From: an archaeon
GTDB taxonomy: Archaea > Nanobdellota > Nanobdellia > Pacearchaeales > DTIR01
Assembly (NCBI GenBank): GCA_043799715.1
Contig: JAZDNM010000003.1
Location: forward strand, 220,986-284,985
DNA length: 64,000 bases
Reading direction: 5' to 3'
Below the pieces are notes generated by a model, which saw only the letters and a program-made list of their open reading frames with translations, made no database searches and had not been told where the DNA came from. Below, piece after piece: positions 8,750-18,315 of the stretch. The position numbers and the translations under genes were made by a program. The stretch's first letter is position 1. Each line of letters opens with the position of its first letter.

Positions 8750-11443
8750 ATGTCAAGCAAATCAGCATTTTTGGTTTTGATAACTGCTCTTGCAGCAATA
8801 ATGGCTGTATCCTATGCAATTGCAGAGGTTTCAGGCAGCGGAATGATTCTGACAAGAAGCATGTATGGAATAGGGGAGGCAATTGAAGGGAAAGTTAACA
8901 TTACGCTTTCAAGCGAGCCTGCTGACAGCGCTGTAACAGCTTTGGGAAAAAATACTTCTTTGCTGGATTTCCTGAAAAATAATAATCTTGAAAAAGACAA
9001 GGATTATTTATGCACTCCTGAAGACTGCAATGACTATTATGAGACTGTTGGAATCAGCACAAAGCAAAAATCCCTGCAGGCAGGCGACACACTAATTGGA
9101 AGCATAGCAGTAGGGAAGGACATTGAAATAAAGCAGAATGCATTGGAATTCAGCATAACAGGCAATGGAGGAGAACCAGTATGCGGCGTTGTCCCCCTGA
9201 AGCTGGACTTGCTTGCAGATAACTCAATTGACTGGGTTGATATGGAGCCCTCTGATTTGTGCGGAAGCCTGCAGCCAAGCAGCTGCTATGACGATACTTC
9301 AGCAAATCTTGAGCTTGACATTACAACAACCCCCTACTGCCAAAAAATTTACTTGCCTATTTCAGCGAGATTTAAAATTTCAGCGCTTGTAAAAAAGAAT
9401 ACTGGCGGAGGGGATTTGTCTGCTTTCATATATGACAAAAAAATAGGAGAAAGCACAGAATGCGACCTTCCTGAGCCGAATGTGACTTCTTACACTGAAA
9501 CAAACTGCATGGTGGACTTGAAGGTTTACGGCAACAATCAGGATTATTATGTATGCATCCAGGATAATTCTATTGACGGCGCATACACAATAAAGGCAGA
9601 GAAATCCTCCCCTATATGCGGATACAGCGACCTTCCTGGAAGATCAAGGAACGAAAGCGCTGATTTCGCGCTTCTTGTGCAGGGAACTGCAACAATTCCA
9701 TTAAACAGGACAGTAACATTCAATGAGCAGGAATTCAGCAAGTTTTCTTCTGTAGGCATAGGGGAATATCTTCAGGATTATCTCAATAAAAGGCATTCAA
9801 GCAATTGCCTTGACGGATGCATAATTCCTATAAGGATAATCTCATCAAACGCAGCAAACTTAAAAGATATGAGACTAAGCTACTGCGCCCAGGGATTATG
9901 CACAACAGAACAGAGCTTTTTCGGGCTTGAAAGAAAAAGTTCTATGATTGACATGAACATGACATCCCTTGATTTGTCTGCTGCAAATTTGTCTGCTGAG
10001 GGATATGGGCTCCAGACATTCTCCTTTTCAATAGGCGGAGTAAAGATAGGAGAAGAGGAAATTTCAATAGAAAGAGTTCCTGTAATAAAGAATCTTGTAG
10101 CGCTTAATGCAGAAGCAGGGGCTGCTGTTGATTTTTTTGCTGAGGCATATTCCCCAAAGAACAACACAATTGTAAGCTATGAATGGATATTTGGGGATGG
10201 CGGCACTGCAACAGCAGGGAGCTCTGTAACTCATGAATATAAAAATGTAGGGGAATTTAAGGTTACTGTAACAGCAGTTGATTCACAGGGATTGAAGGGA
10301 AGCAGAAGTTCAAAAATAACTGTGGGCTCACCGCAGGAGATAATTAATATGACTCTCTCTGGCAAGAGGATAATATTCAACGAGCTTAAAAATGAGATTG
10401 ACAAGGCAGGATGGTACAAGGGGCTTATTGAAAAGCAGCTTGGCACAGCAGAAATAAGCACTTTGCTCAGTGATTATGAAAACCAGTTCAGATTCGCAAC
10501 AACCCCGTCGGAATATATAGAGCTTATGCCCAAAGTCAGCAAGTTCATAATACCCCAGTCAATTTATGACTCTGAATTTGTTACAGAGATTCCAATTACT
10601 GTTGATGTTGATTCAATAAAGCCGGAGCTTATTGAAGGGCTTAATGGCGGCGTGTATGACTCCTCAAGAGCATCTGAGACAAGAAACGCAATATGGGCAT
10701 GGCAGCACAAGAATGTTGCCATGACAGCGACTTCAAGAGTGATGGAATCCATTGATGAGAATGAGAATAGGGCAGAGCTTGCAACAATTATTACACTTAG
10801 AATAAAGCCATTGACCCAGTTGGAAGAGAGCTATCTTGTTATTCTTGCGCCTTATGAAAGCGCGACATTTGCATCAGATTACAATCAGAGAGATGTTGCA
10901 GGGAATATAGGATTTGTGCTTGACAGCCTGAGCTCTGATTATATAATTTCATTTGCTGTTACAGGGCGCGTTGATATAAGCAGCCTTGAGATGTTTATGT
11001 CCCCTTATCTGGCAAATCTCGAAATTGAGGAGAATATTGTGTGCAACAGCAACAGGGTATGCGAAAAAAATCTCGGGGAAAACTGGAAGACATGCAGAGA
11101 TGACTGCAAGCCAATAGGACTCGCTTTAATCCTGCTTATTTTTGCCCTAGCTGCAATGGCTGCAGCATATATTTTCCTGCAAAAATGGTACAAAACAAAA
11201 TACGAGAAGTATCTGTTCAAGGAGCAGCATGATTTAAGCAATATGGTGTCGTTTGCAAGCAACTCACTGAGAAGAGGCGAGAGCGAGAATGATGTAAAGG
11301 GTAAGCTCAAACAGGCAGGATGGAATCTTGAGCAGATATACTATATCTTCAGGAAAATAAAAGGCGAAAAGGTTGGGATGCCTGAAGTGAAAATTAAATG
11401 GCTTGACATGGTAAAAAACCTGCTCAAGCACCGAAAGGTTTAA
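8750..11443 (+). CDS. Large PKD-domain surface protein with C-terminal TM and cytoplasmic helical domain
   Basis: Signal peptide, YEWIFGDG PKD motif, CNSNRVCE..ENWKTCRDDC, TM, KLKQAGWNLEQI tail. Confidence 0.85.
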   Translation: MSSKSAFLVLITALAAIMAVSYAIAEVSGSGMILTRSMYGIGEAIEGKVNITLSSEPADSAVTALGKNTSLLDFLKNNNLEKDKDYLCTPEDCNDYYETVGISTKQKSLQAGDTLIGSIAVGKDIEIKQNALEFSITGNGGEPVCGVVPLKLDLLADNSIDWVDMEPSDLCGSLQPSSCYDDTSANLELDITTTPYCQKIYLPISARFKISALVKKNTGGGDLSAFIYDKKIGESTECDLPEPNVTSYTETNCMVDLKVYGNNQDYYVCIQDNSIDGAYTIKAEKSSPICGYSDLPGRSRNESADFALLVQGTATIPLNRTVTFNEQEFSKFSSVGIGEYLQDYLNKRHSSNCLDGCIIPIRIISSNAANLKDMRLSYCAQGLCTTEQSFFGLERKSSMIDMNMTSLDLSAANLSAEGYGLQTFSFSIGGVKIGEEEISIERVPVIKNLVALNAEAGAAVDFFAEAYSPKNNTIVSYEWIFGDGGTATAGSSVTHEYKNVGEFKVTVTAVDSQGLKGSRSSKITVGSPQEIINMTLSGKRIIFNELKNEIDKAGWYKGLIEKQLGTAEISTLLSDYENQFRFATTPSEYIELMPKVSKFIIPQSIYDSEFVTEIPITVDVDSIKPELIEGLNGGVYDSSRASETRNAIWAWQHKNVAMTATSRVMESIDENENRAELATIITLRIKPLTQLEESYLVILAPYESATFASDYNQRDVAGNIGFVLDSLSSDYIISFAVTGRVDISSLEMFMSPYLANLEIEENIVCNSNRVCEKNLGENWKTCRDDCKPIGLALILLIFALAAMAAAYIFLQKWYKTKYEKYLFKEQHDLSNMVSFASNSLRRGESENDVKGKLKQAGWNLEQIYYIFRKIKGEKVGMPEVKIKWLDMVKNLLKHRKV

Positions 11444-11498
11444 TAAAGTCCAGCCCTACGGACTTAAATAAAACTGGTGAATATAAATTTTTTATAAA

Positions 11499-12146
11499 AT
11501 GCCTATTCTAATTATCCCTGATTTTTTCAAGAGGATATTTCTAACTTTGTTCAAGCAGAAAAAGCATGTGAAGCTGGGCTTGTACGGTCCGCCAAATGGC
11601 GGCAAGACAACACTCGCAAACAGGATATGCAAGGACTGGACAGGAGAAGAGCTTGGAAGCGTATCAAAAATACCCCATGAAACAAGGGAAGTCCAGATAA
11701 AAGAAAAGGTTGATTTAAAATTCAAGGGCAAGGAGCTCACATTCAAGCTTATTGATACTCCGGGAATAGCAACAAAAATAGATTATGAGGATTTCTTAAA
11801 ATTTGGCATGAAAAAGAATGATGCCAAGAAAAGGGCGAAAGAGGCGACGCAGGGAGTTATAGAATCAATAAAATGGCTTGATGACATGGATTGCGTTGTT
11901 ATAGTCCTTGATGCAACAATCAACCCTTATTCCCAAGTTAACATCACAATAATCGGCAATCTTGCAGCAAGGAAAATTCCAGTGCTTATAGTTGCGAACA
12001 AGATTGACTTGAACAAGGCAGATATGAAAAGAATAGAGTCTGCATTTCCACAGTATGAACTTGTAGGCCTTTCAGCAAAATTCGGGAAAAATATGGAGGA
12101 ATTTTATGAAAGCTTATTCAGGCTTGCAAAAAAGAGAAAGGGCTGA
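11499..12146 (+). CDS. oapA: Era-like GTP-binding protein (OapA family)
   Basis: GPPNGGKT, IPHET, DTPG, NKID motifs; followed by DUF2073- and DUF2072-like genes. Confidence 0.85.
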   Translation: MPILIIPDFFKRIFLTLFKQKKHVKLGLYGPPNGGKTTLANRICKDWTGEELGSVSKIPHETREVQIKEKVDLKFKGKELTFKLIDTPGIATKIDYEDFLKFGMKKNDAKKRAKEATQGVIESIKWLDDMDCVVIVLDATINPYSQVNITIIGNLAARKIPVLIVANKIDLNKADMKRIESAFPQYELVGLSAKFGKNMEEFYESLFRLAKKRKG

Positions 12147-12245
12147 ACTCCCGGAAAAAAAAGGAGTTTCAGCACTTGTTGCGACAGAAAACATGCGGCA
12201 TATTACTAAAGGAGGATATAAACCCCTGCGGTTAAGAATGTAAAA

Positions 12246-12638
12246 ATGGCAAAAACATTTTCGTCATTGACCTTGCAGTTTATTCCTTACAGTGAGATAG
12301 ATGGAATCAAGACAGTTGAAAGAATAAAGAAACTGCTGAAGATAGTCCTGCAGAACAAGATTGTGATATTGCAGGGGAAACTCAAGCCAGAGGAAGAAGC
12401 GAGGCTTATTGAGGATACAATGGCTCTTGTAGGCAACGTAAAGGGATTCAAGGGAATTGAGCTTGCTGTTTTGTCTCCAAAGGTTGAAGACATGCCTCTT
12501 ACAGCAAGGATGAAAAGGCAGGTTGCAAAGGCATTGATTGGCGAGCAGGATGCAATGACAATAATAGGTCCTGCGTCAATTGTTAGGGATATAAAGAAAG
12601 ACCCAAGCAAAATGCAGCTGCTTCTCAGGGGGAAATAG
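12246..12638 (+). CDS. oapB: DUF2073 / OapB family protein
   Basis: LKPEEEARLIEDTM, FKGIE, MTIIGPA motifs; synteny. Confidence 0.85.
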   Translation: MAKTFSSLTLQFIPYSEIDGIKTVERIKKLLKIVLQNKIVILQGKLKPEEEARLIEDTMALVGNVKGFKGIELAVLSPKVEDMPLTARMKRQVAKALIGEQDAMTIIGPASIVRDIKKDPSKMQLLLRGK

Positions 12639-12700
12639 TGCTGCCTGCCAGCAAGATTTATTAAGTTTAGTTTTTTAATTCTGGGAAGGGAGATTAAGAA

Positions 12701-12961
12701 ATGAAAGAGATAACTTCAAGTATTCTGCCTGAAACAAAGAGAATTTTTGAAAGGCATATAGGACTAACCTTTGAACAAATGGATAATATGGATTTAGGTG
12801 AAATAGAGCAATACATCCAAAATAAGGGGGGAGTTCCAACGACACATTCCCCAGAAATATATAGAAAATCAAGAGATGTATTGACAGCAAGGGGTAAATT
12901 TTTGACTGCAGAATCACTTGGAATGGATATGCAAAGATTAATAAGAAAATATGCGAATTGA
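12701..12961 (+). CDS. Hypothetical AT-rich ORFan inserted in the oap operon
   Basis: 86 aa, GGGAG RBS, own TATA-like element. Confidence 0.6.
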   Translation: MKEITSSILPETKRIFERHIGLTFEQMDNMDLGEIEQYIQNKGGVPTTHSPEIYRKSRDVLTARGKFLTAESLGMDMQRLIRKYAN

Positions 12962-12994
12962 CAATTAAATAAAAGATTTAAGAAAATTAAAAAA

Positions 12995-13411
12995 ATGCCA
13001 CACCAATGCGTGCACTGCGGAAAGATATATCCCACTGCATCAAAAGAGCTGCTGCAGGGATGCCCATGCGGAAGCCATTTTTTCTTTTTTGTAAATGCCT
13101 CTGACCTGAATGTGCTGAAGGAGGAAACCTCATCCCTGACAACAGAGGACAAGAAAGAGATAGAAGAGGATGTCAGGGAGATTTTAGGAGTGGATGAAAC
13201 AGAACTCAAGCCGATTATACTTGATTTTGAGTCAATAAGGATAAACAAGCCAGGCAAGTTTGAAATTGACCTGGTAAATCTCTTCAGAAAAAAGCCGCTT
13301 GTTTTTAAGATTGAGGAAGGGAAATATATAATCGATTTGGCTTCAACATTCCTCTCAGAGCTTGAAAAAAGCAGAGCTAAGGGCAAATCAGCAAAAAAGG
13401 GAAAAGGTTAA
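12995..13411 (+). CDS. oapC: DUF2072 / OapC Zn-ribbon protein
   Basis: MPHQCVHCG...GCPCGSHFF, ESIRI..PGKFEIDL, EEGKYIIDL. Confidence 0.88.
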   Translation: MPHQCVHCGKIYPTASKELLQGCPCGSHFFFFVNASDLNVLKEETSSLTTEDKKEIEEDVREILGVDETELKPIILDFESIRINKPGKFEIDLVNLFRKKPLVFKIEEGKYIIDLASTFLSELEKSRAKGKSAKKGKG

Positions 13412-13435
13412 ATATCATTCTGGATTTTTCCTTTA

Positions 13436-14728
13436 ATGAATAGCATATTGAATTCTGTGCTGGGCAGGATAAAGCCTAATGACAGTGAAATTATCAGAAT
13501 GAATGCATTGACTGCAGAATTAAAGGCAAAGATTGAGAAAGGTTTGAAGAAATCAAAAATAAATGCTGATGTGTTCATCGGAGGCAGCCTTGCAAAGAAT
13601 ACTCTGATAAGGAAAGATGTTTATGACATAGATATCTTTGTGAGATTTGCTTTCAAGGATTATTCAGCAAAGGACAGCATGCTAAGCGATATCCTTGAGA
13701 AAGCGCTTAAATCACAAAATCTAAAATCAAGGAGAATACACGGCTCAAGGGATTACTTTCATGTAAAAGCAGCAGGTTCAATTATATTTGAAATAGTGCC
13801 TGTTCTTCATGTGAAGAAGCCGCAGGAAGCTGTAAATGTTACTGACTTGTCATCTTTTCATGTCTCTTATGTTTCAAAGAAGATAAACAAGAAGCTCGCT
13901 GATGAAATCCGCCTGGCAAAGGCATTTTGCTATGCGCAGAGATGCTACGGCGCTGAATCATATATACAGGGATTTTCAGGCTATGCAGTTGAGCTTCTTG
14001 TGCTTCATTTTGGCAGCTTGATGAAACTTGCCAAGGCAGCATTGAAATGGAAGGATATGCTTGACAAAAAAGAAAAGATTGTCATAGATTCAGCAAAGCA
14101 CTACAAAAACAAAAATGATGTTCTTATAAATATCAATGAGGCAAAGCTTGCATCGCCAATTATACTTGTCGACCCCACTTACTCTGTGAGGAATGCAACA
14201 GCATCTGTTTCCATTGAGACTCTTGAGAGATTTATAGAAGCATGCGTGAAACTTGCGGGAAAAGCAAATGCAGGGATGTTTGAAAAGAAGGAGATTGATA
14301 TTGCAATGCTTAAGAAATCAGCGAAAAAGAGCAAGGCTGAATTAAGCATTCTGTATGCTGCAACAGGCAAGAGCAAGGATGTTGCACCTGCAAAACTCAG
14401 GAAGTTCCTTGATTTTGTGCTTTTTGTCATGCAAAGGCATGGCTTTGAGGTTATAAGAAAAGAAATTGATTTTGCAGGGAAAGAGGCGAGGATGCATATT
14501 ATTTACAAGAGCCCTGGAAAAGAGATGATTGCACAGGGCCCGCCAATAAACAGAATTGATAACCTTCTTGCTTTCAGGAAGAAGTATAAGAATATCTCTA
14601 TCAAGAAGGGCGTTGCATATGCAAGGATAAAAAGGAAAGTCAGGGATATAAAGGCTGCTGCTGATTTAATCAGGAAGGGCAGTGAAATAAAAGCAATGGA
14701 TATTTCTGAGTTCAAGATTTCAAAATGA
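13436..14728 (+). CDS. cca: Archaeal CCA-adding tRNA nucleotidyltransferase
   Basis: GGSLAKNT..DIDIF, YGAE..GFSGY, VDPT..RNA motifs. Confidence 0.93.
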   Translation: MNSILNSVLGRIKPNDSEIIRMNALTAELKAKIEKGLKKSKINADVFIGGSLAKNTLIRKDVYDIDIFVRFAFKDYSAKDSMLSDILEKALKSQNLKSRRIHGSRDYFHVKAAGSIIFEIVPVLHVKKPQEAVNVTDLSSFHVSYVSKKINKKLADEIRLAKAFCYAQRCYGAESYIQGFSGYAVELLVLHFGSLMKLAKAALKWKDMLDKKEKIVIDSAKHYKNKNDVLININEAKLASPIILVDPTYSVRNATASVSIETLERFIEACVKLAGKANAGMFEKKEIDIAMLKKSAKKSKAELSILYAATGKSKDVAPAKLRKFLDFVLFVMQRHGFEVIRKEIDFAGKEARMHIIYKSPGKEMIAQGPPINRIDNLLAFRKKYKNISIKKGVAYARIKRKVRDIKAAADLIRKGSEIKAMDISEFKISK

Positions 14729-15579
14729 CAAGGAAAGCAATTGCAGCAGGGACTTTCTATCCTGCTGACAAGGGGGAATTATCCGGATTTTTAAGAAAGG
14801 CATTTCCAAAAAAGAGTTCTGTGAAATCAGGCAGGGCATATGGTATTGTTGCTCCTCACGCAGGATTTGCATATTCGGGGCAGTGCGCTGCCCTTGCCTA
14901 CAATGAGATTTCTGAACTTGATAAAACCTGCACTTTTGTGATTCTTGGAACAAACCATACAGGATATGCTGAATCAAATTTTGCAGTGAGCAGAGAGGAC
15001 TTTGAAACCCCGCTGGGAATTGCGAGGAATGACACTGAGTTCTGCAATGAGATTATTTCTTCGGGAATGGCTGGATTGACAATAGGGGATATGGCAGCGC
15101 ATGCGCAGGAGCACAGCATTGAAGTGCAATTGCCTTTCCTGCAGTCTGTTTTTGGCAGCGGATTCAGGATTGTGCCTGTTATATGCTCTTCTCAGAATTA
15201 TGATGATTGTACTGGATTTGCAAAGGGAATTATTGCTGCTGCGAAAAAATTAAAGAGAAAAATCTGTATTATTGCTTCAGGGGACATGACTCATTACGGA
15301 GTTGCTTACGGCTTCCTACCTTTTGTTTCAAGCATAAAAAAGAATCTGTATACAATGGACAGCAGGGCAATTGAACTTGTTTGCAGGTTTAAAACAAAAA
15401 AGTTCCTTGATTACTGCTCTGGCAAGACAATATGCGGGGCTTCATGCATTGCAGCTGCAATTGAAACCTGCAGGCTGCTTGGAAGCAATAAGGCAGAATT
15501 GATTAACTATTGCACATCTGCGGATATTTCCAATGATTACAGCAATGCTGTGGGATATGCCTCGATTGCATTCAGATAG
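14725..15579 (+). CDS. amrB: MEMO1 family / AmmeMemoRadiSam protein B
   Basis: AGTFYP, APHAG.YSG, EHSIEVQLPF, SGDMTHYG, TICG, VGYA. Confidence 0.92.
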   Translation: MTRKAIAAGTFYPADKGELSGFLRKAFPKKSSVKSGRAYGIVAPHAGFAYSGQCAALAYNEISELDKTCTFVILGTNHTGYAESNFAVSREDFETPLGIARNDTEFCNEIISSGMAGLTIGDMAAHAQEHSIEVQLPFLQSVFGSGFRIVPVICSSQNYDDCTGFAKGIIAAAKKLKRKICIIASGDMTHYGVAYGFLPFVSSIKKNLYTMDSRAIELVCRFKTKKFLDYCSGKTICGASCIAAAIETCRLLGSNKAELINYCTSADISNDYSNAVGYASIAFR

Positions 15580-15657
15580 GGTATTGTTATTTCTTAATAC
15601 ATAAATATTTTTAAAGTGTTGAAACTCTGAAGTTACAATAAAAGATAGGGTGAGTCC

Positions 15658-16773
15658 ATGGAATATATTGATAACCTGCTAAAATTGAGAAATAATGTTG
15701 CAAGGAAGAATAAGGGGGTATTGGAGATTCTTCTTGCTAATTTTTCAGGCACAGAGCAGCAGAAGGATATAGAAGCAAGAACTCCAGTAGTAAATGATTT
15801 CTTCAGAGTCAAGATAAACATAAAGGCGTTTGATGAGAAAGAGATGCAGAAAAGAGGATTGCATGCTGTTGATTTTCACAATAATGTCGAGGTTTTTGAC
15901 GCAATGACAAGGGAGTTTGACATGCCTTACTGGGCTTTTGTCAAACTGAAAAATGTACCTTTGGCTGACTTGCAGAACACATTCATTTACCAGCTCAAGG
16001 CGTGCAATATACACTGCCCCTGGTGCTATGTTGATGACAAGAACAAGAATGGCGTTCAGGACAACAATTCAAGATTTTTCAGCATTCCCGAGATAGTTGA
16101 TGTATTTGAAGAAAAAAGAAAAGAACAGAAACTTTACAATTTGAGACCTTCTGGCGGCGAGCCGACACTTGTAGTTGAGCAGTGGCTTGAACTGCTCAGA
16201 GAAGTTAAAAAAAGAGGGCTTGGGAAGGATGTATATGTGCAGGGCGATACAAATCTGACAACAGGACATTTTATTGATTCTATTGAGGAGAAAGGGGAAA
16301 TTGAGAAAGATTTACTTGAAAAAGTGGCTGAACATGAAAATTTCGGGCTGCTCTGTTCTTTTAAAGGAACTGACTTGGAAAGTTTTCTTGAGGCGGCTGG
16401 TATGCCCGAACAATACTCCTTTTTAGAGGAGGAAAGGTGGTATGCCTTCGAAAAGCTCCTGAAAGCAGGAGTTGATGCCTATCCTTTCATATACAACCCA
16501 AATCCTTCTTCTGTTAAGCAGTTTATGGAAAAAGGGGCGGGAAAGTTTGGAGAAGGATTCTATCTCAAGACATGGATACTCCCTTTAAAGTTATACGGCC
16601 CTGAAAAGGAAAGATTAGCCAGAAAAGGGGTAAATCCTGCAGATTACCAGAAACAGCTTGACGATAGATTTTCAAAATCAGAGGAGATTATGCAGGGCTT
16701 GATTTGGAAAGAATACGGCTTAAATTACAAGGCTGTCCCAAGAACGGGAATTAAACTTGAAGTCAGAAGATAA
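15658..16773 (+). CDS. Radical SAM protein of unknown function
   Basis: CNIHCPWC (CxxxCxxC), SGGEPT, DTN, SFKG motifs. Confidence 0.9.
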   Translation: MEYIDNLLKLRNNVARKNKGVLEILLANFSGTEQQKDIEARTPVVNDFFRVKINIKAFDEKEMQKRGLHAVDFHNNVEVFDAMTREFDMPYWAFVKLKNVPLADLQNTFIYQLKACNIHCPWCYVDDKNKNGVQDNNSRFFSIPEIVDVFEEKRKEQKLYNLRPSGGEPTLVVEQWLELLREVKKRGLGKDVYVQGDTNLTTGHFIDSIEEKGEIEKDLLEKVAEHENFGLLCSFKGTDLESFLEAAGMPEQYSFLEEERWYAFEKLLKAGVDAYPFIYNPNPSSVKQFMEKGAGKFGEGFYLKTWILPLKLYGPEKERLARKGVNPADYQKQLDDRFSKSEEIMQGLIWKEYGLNYKAVPRTGIKLEVRR

Positions 16774-16774
16774 A

Positions 16775-17491
16775 ATGGCTGAAAGAAAAGAATATTTTCT
16801 AAAGAAGATTTATCCTGAACATCTTGCTGAGATGAGGGCTATAGGCAGGAGGATTGTTGATGTAAGGGTGCAGGATCCTTTAGACAACGAAAAAAGATAT
16901 TCTGAATTCAGGGAGAATGACTGGCTGCATTTTGAAGACACAAATCATGAAGTGCTGAAAGCGTCTGTCCGCTACTGCAGGCATTATGACAGCATAGAGA
17001 ATCTGCTTATAAATGAAGGCATAGAGAACGTATGGCCCAATGCAAAAACATTAAAAGAAGCCATTGAACTGTCAGTTGGATTTCCTGGTTATGCTGAGAA
17101 TATTGAGAAGAACGGCGTTTATTCTCTGTGCATAAAAAAACTTGCAGTTTATGTTGCAGGCCCTTATTCAGGCACAAGGAAAGAAAAAATTAGGAATATA
17201 AAGAATGCAGAAAAAATAGCAAGGGAAGTTGCAAAGATGGGATATATTCCATTAGTGCCACATAAATTATTTGAATTCTGGGAGGATGAAGGCTTTGGAG
17301 AGAAAGCATGCATGGCGCTTGAGAAGGACTTATTGCAGGATAAGAGCGATTTTTTTTATTTTATTAATCCTTCAAATGGTACAAATAAAGAACTTGCGAT
17401 GGCACGGGAGATAATGCCTATTTTTATTTCCCTTGAAAATTTGAGATTCTGGAAACCTGTCAAGACTGAATCAAAATCTAAATCCAGTTAA
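16775..17491 (+). CDS. ASCH/PUA-like domain fused to a nucleoside 2-deoxyribosyltransferase-like (DUF4406/DUF1937-like) domain
   Basis: N-half: GRRIVDVR...YDSIENLL.NEG.ENVWP...NGVY (ASCH pattern). C-half: VYVAGPYS...PLVPH...SNGT.KE (NDT-like Rossmann fold). Confidence 0.7.
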   Translation: MAERKEYFLKKIYPEHLAEMRAIGRRIVDVRVQDPLDNEKRYSEFRENDWLHFEDTNHEVLKASVRYCRHYDSIENLLINEGIENVWPNAKTLKEAIELSVGFPGYAENIEKNGVYSLCIKKLAVYVAGPYSGTRKEKIRNIKNAEKIAREVAKMGYIPLVPHKLFEFWEDEGFGEKACMALEKDLLQDKSDFFYFINPSNGTNKELAMAREIMPIFISLENLRFWKPVKTESKSKSS

Positions 17492-17963
17492 AGATTACTC
17501 CCATACCAAAGATAATCTGAACTATAAAGAAAAGGGAATATTTTGCTGTCTCTTCCAGTATGCTTCCATCCCCATACTTATGGTCAAACACTGCATATAT
17601 CATTGTAAGCAGCAGATTGACAAATATTAACAGTACACCAATAAGCAGCATGCCAAGAGAACTCATTAATATTGCTGTTGCATTAATCATAAAGGCAAAA
17701 CCGACAACAAAGCATACCCATGCAAAGGTATTCCACTTTTTCCCCTCTTTCTTGTATCCGAGCTTGGAGTAAGCAAGAGAGGATGTTATAAGCAAAGGGG
17801 TTATAAGAACCAGCTGCATTGTCAGCCAGAATTCATTTTTGAGAATCTGGGGATTTATTGATGCTATTATAAAAAGAACTGTTGCTGCAACGCCAACCAG
17901 CATGGAATTTATGTTTATCCTTGTATTGGACTTGGTGCTTTTCTCTTCAGTTTTCCCAGCCAT
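17478..17963 (-). CDS. Multi-pass membrane protein
   Basis: About 5 hydrophobic segments. Confidence 0.75.
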   Translation of the reverse strand: MAGKTEEKSTKSNTRININSMLVGVAATVLFIIASINPQILKNEFWLTMQLVLITPLLITSSLAYSKLGYKKEGKKWNTFAWVCFVVGFAFMINATAILMSSLGMLLIGVLLIFVNLLLTMIYAVFDHKYGDGSILEETAKYSLFFIVQIIFGMGVIFNWI

Positions 17964-18030
17964 TTTGCCTCTTTTTTACAGGCAAGAGGAGAGGATAGAA
18001 GCTTAAATATTTTTTGCAGAAAGGAAAAAA

Positions 18031-18125
18031 TGCTCCCGACGGGACTCGAACCCGTGTCGCAGGCGTTCTCTTTACTTTTTATGTAGACGAGAGGCCCGCA
18101 TACTTGGCCGCTATACTACGGGAGC
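18031..18125 (-). tRNA. tRNA-Glu(CUC) with a 22-nt intron at 37/38 (18066-18087); CCA not encoded
   Basis: GCTCCCG/CGGGAGC acceptor stem, CGGGC-CTCTCG..C-GCCTG anticodon arm, TTCGAGT T-loop; CUCU/AGAG BHB helix. Confidence 0.93.
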
Positions 18126-18128
18126 ATA

Positions 18129-18227
18129 TAGCCCCGCACGGATTCGAACCGTGGTCGCAAGGTTTCTTAAGCATTTTATGAATCTGCTTCCAGAGCCTCG
18201 CATACTGGACCGCTATACTACGGGGCT
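18129..18227 (-). tRNA. tRNA-Gln(CUG) with a 26-nt intron at 37/38 (18164-18189); CCA not encoded
   Basis: AGCCCCG/CGGGGCT acceptor stem, CGAGG-CTCTGG..A-CCTTG anticodon arm, TTCGAAT T-loop. Confidence 0.92.
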
Positions 18228-18315
18228 ATGGTATGCTTAAAAAATGACAATATAAAAATCTTGCTTTCTCACATAAAAACGAAAAAGATATAAATAGCAT
18301 GCTGCTTTTTATCCT

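Noticed and set aside
11444..11498. Replication origin next to oapA
   Set aside because: The spacer is only about 55 bp, with no ORB repeats and no orc1/cdc6.
12694..13386. 230-aa minus-strand ORF
   Set aside because: Antisense shadow of oapC and the inserted ORFan; no motifs.
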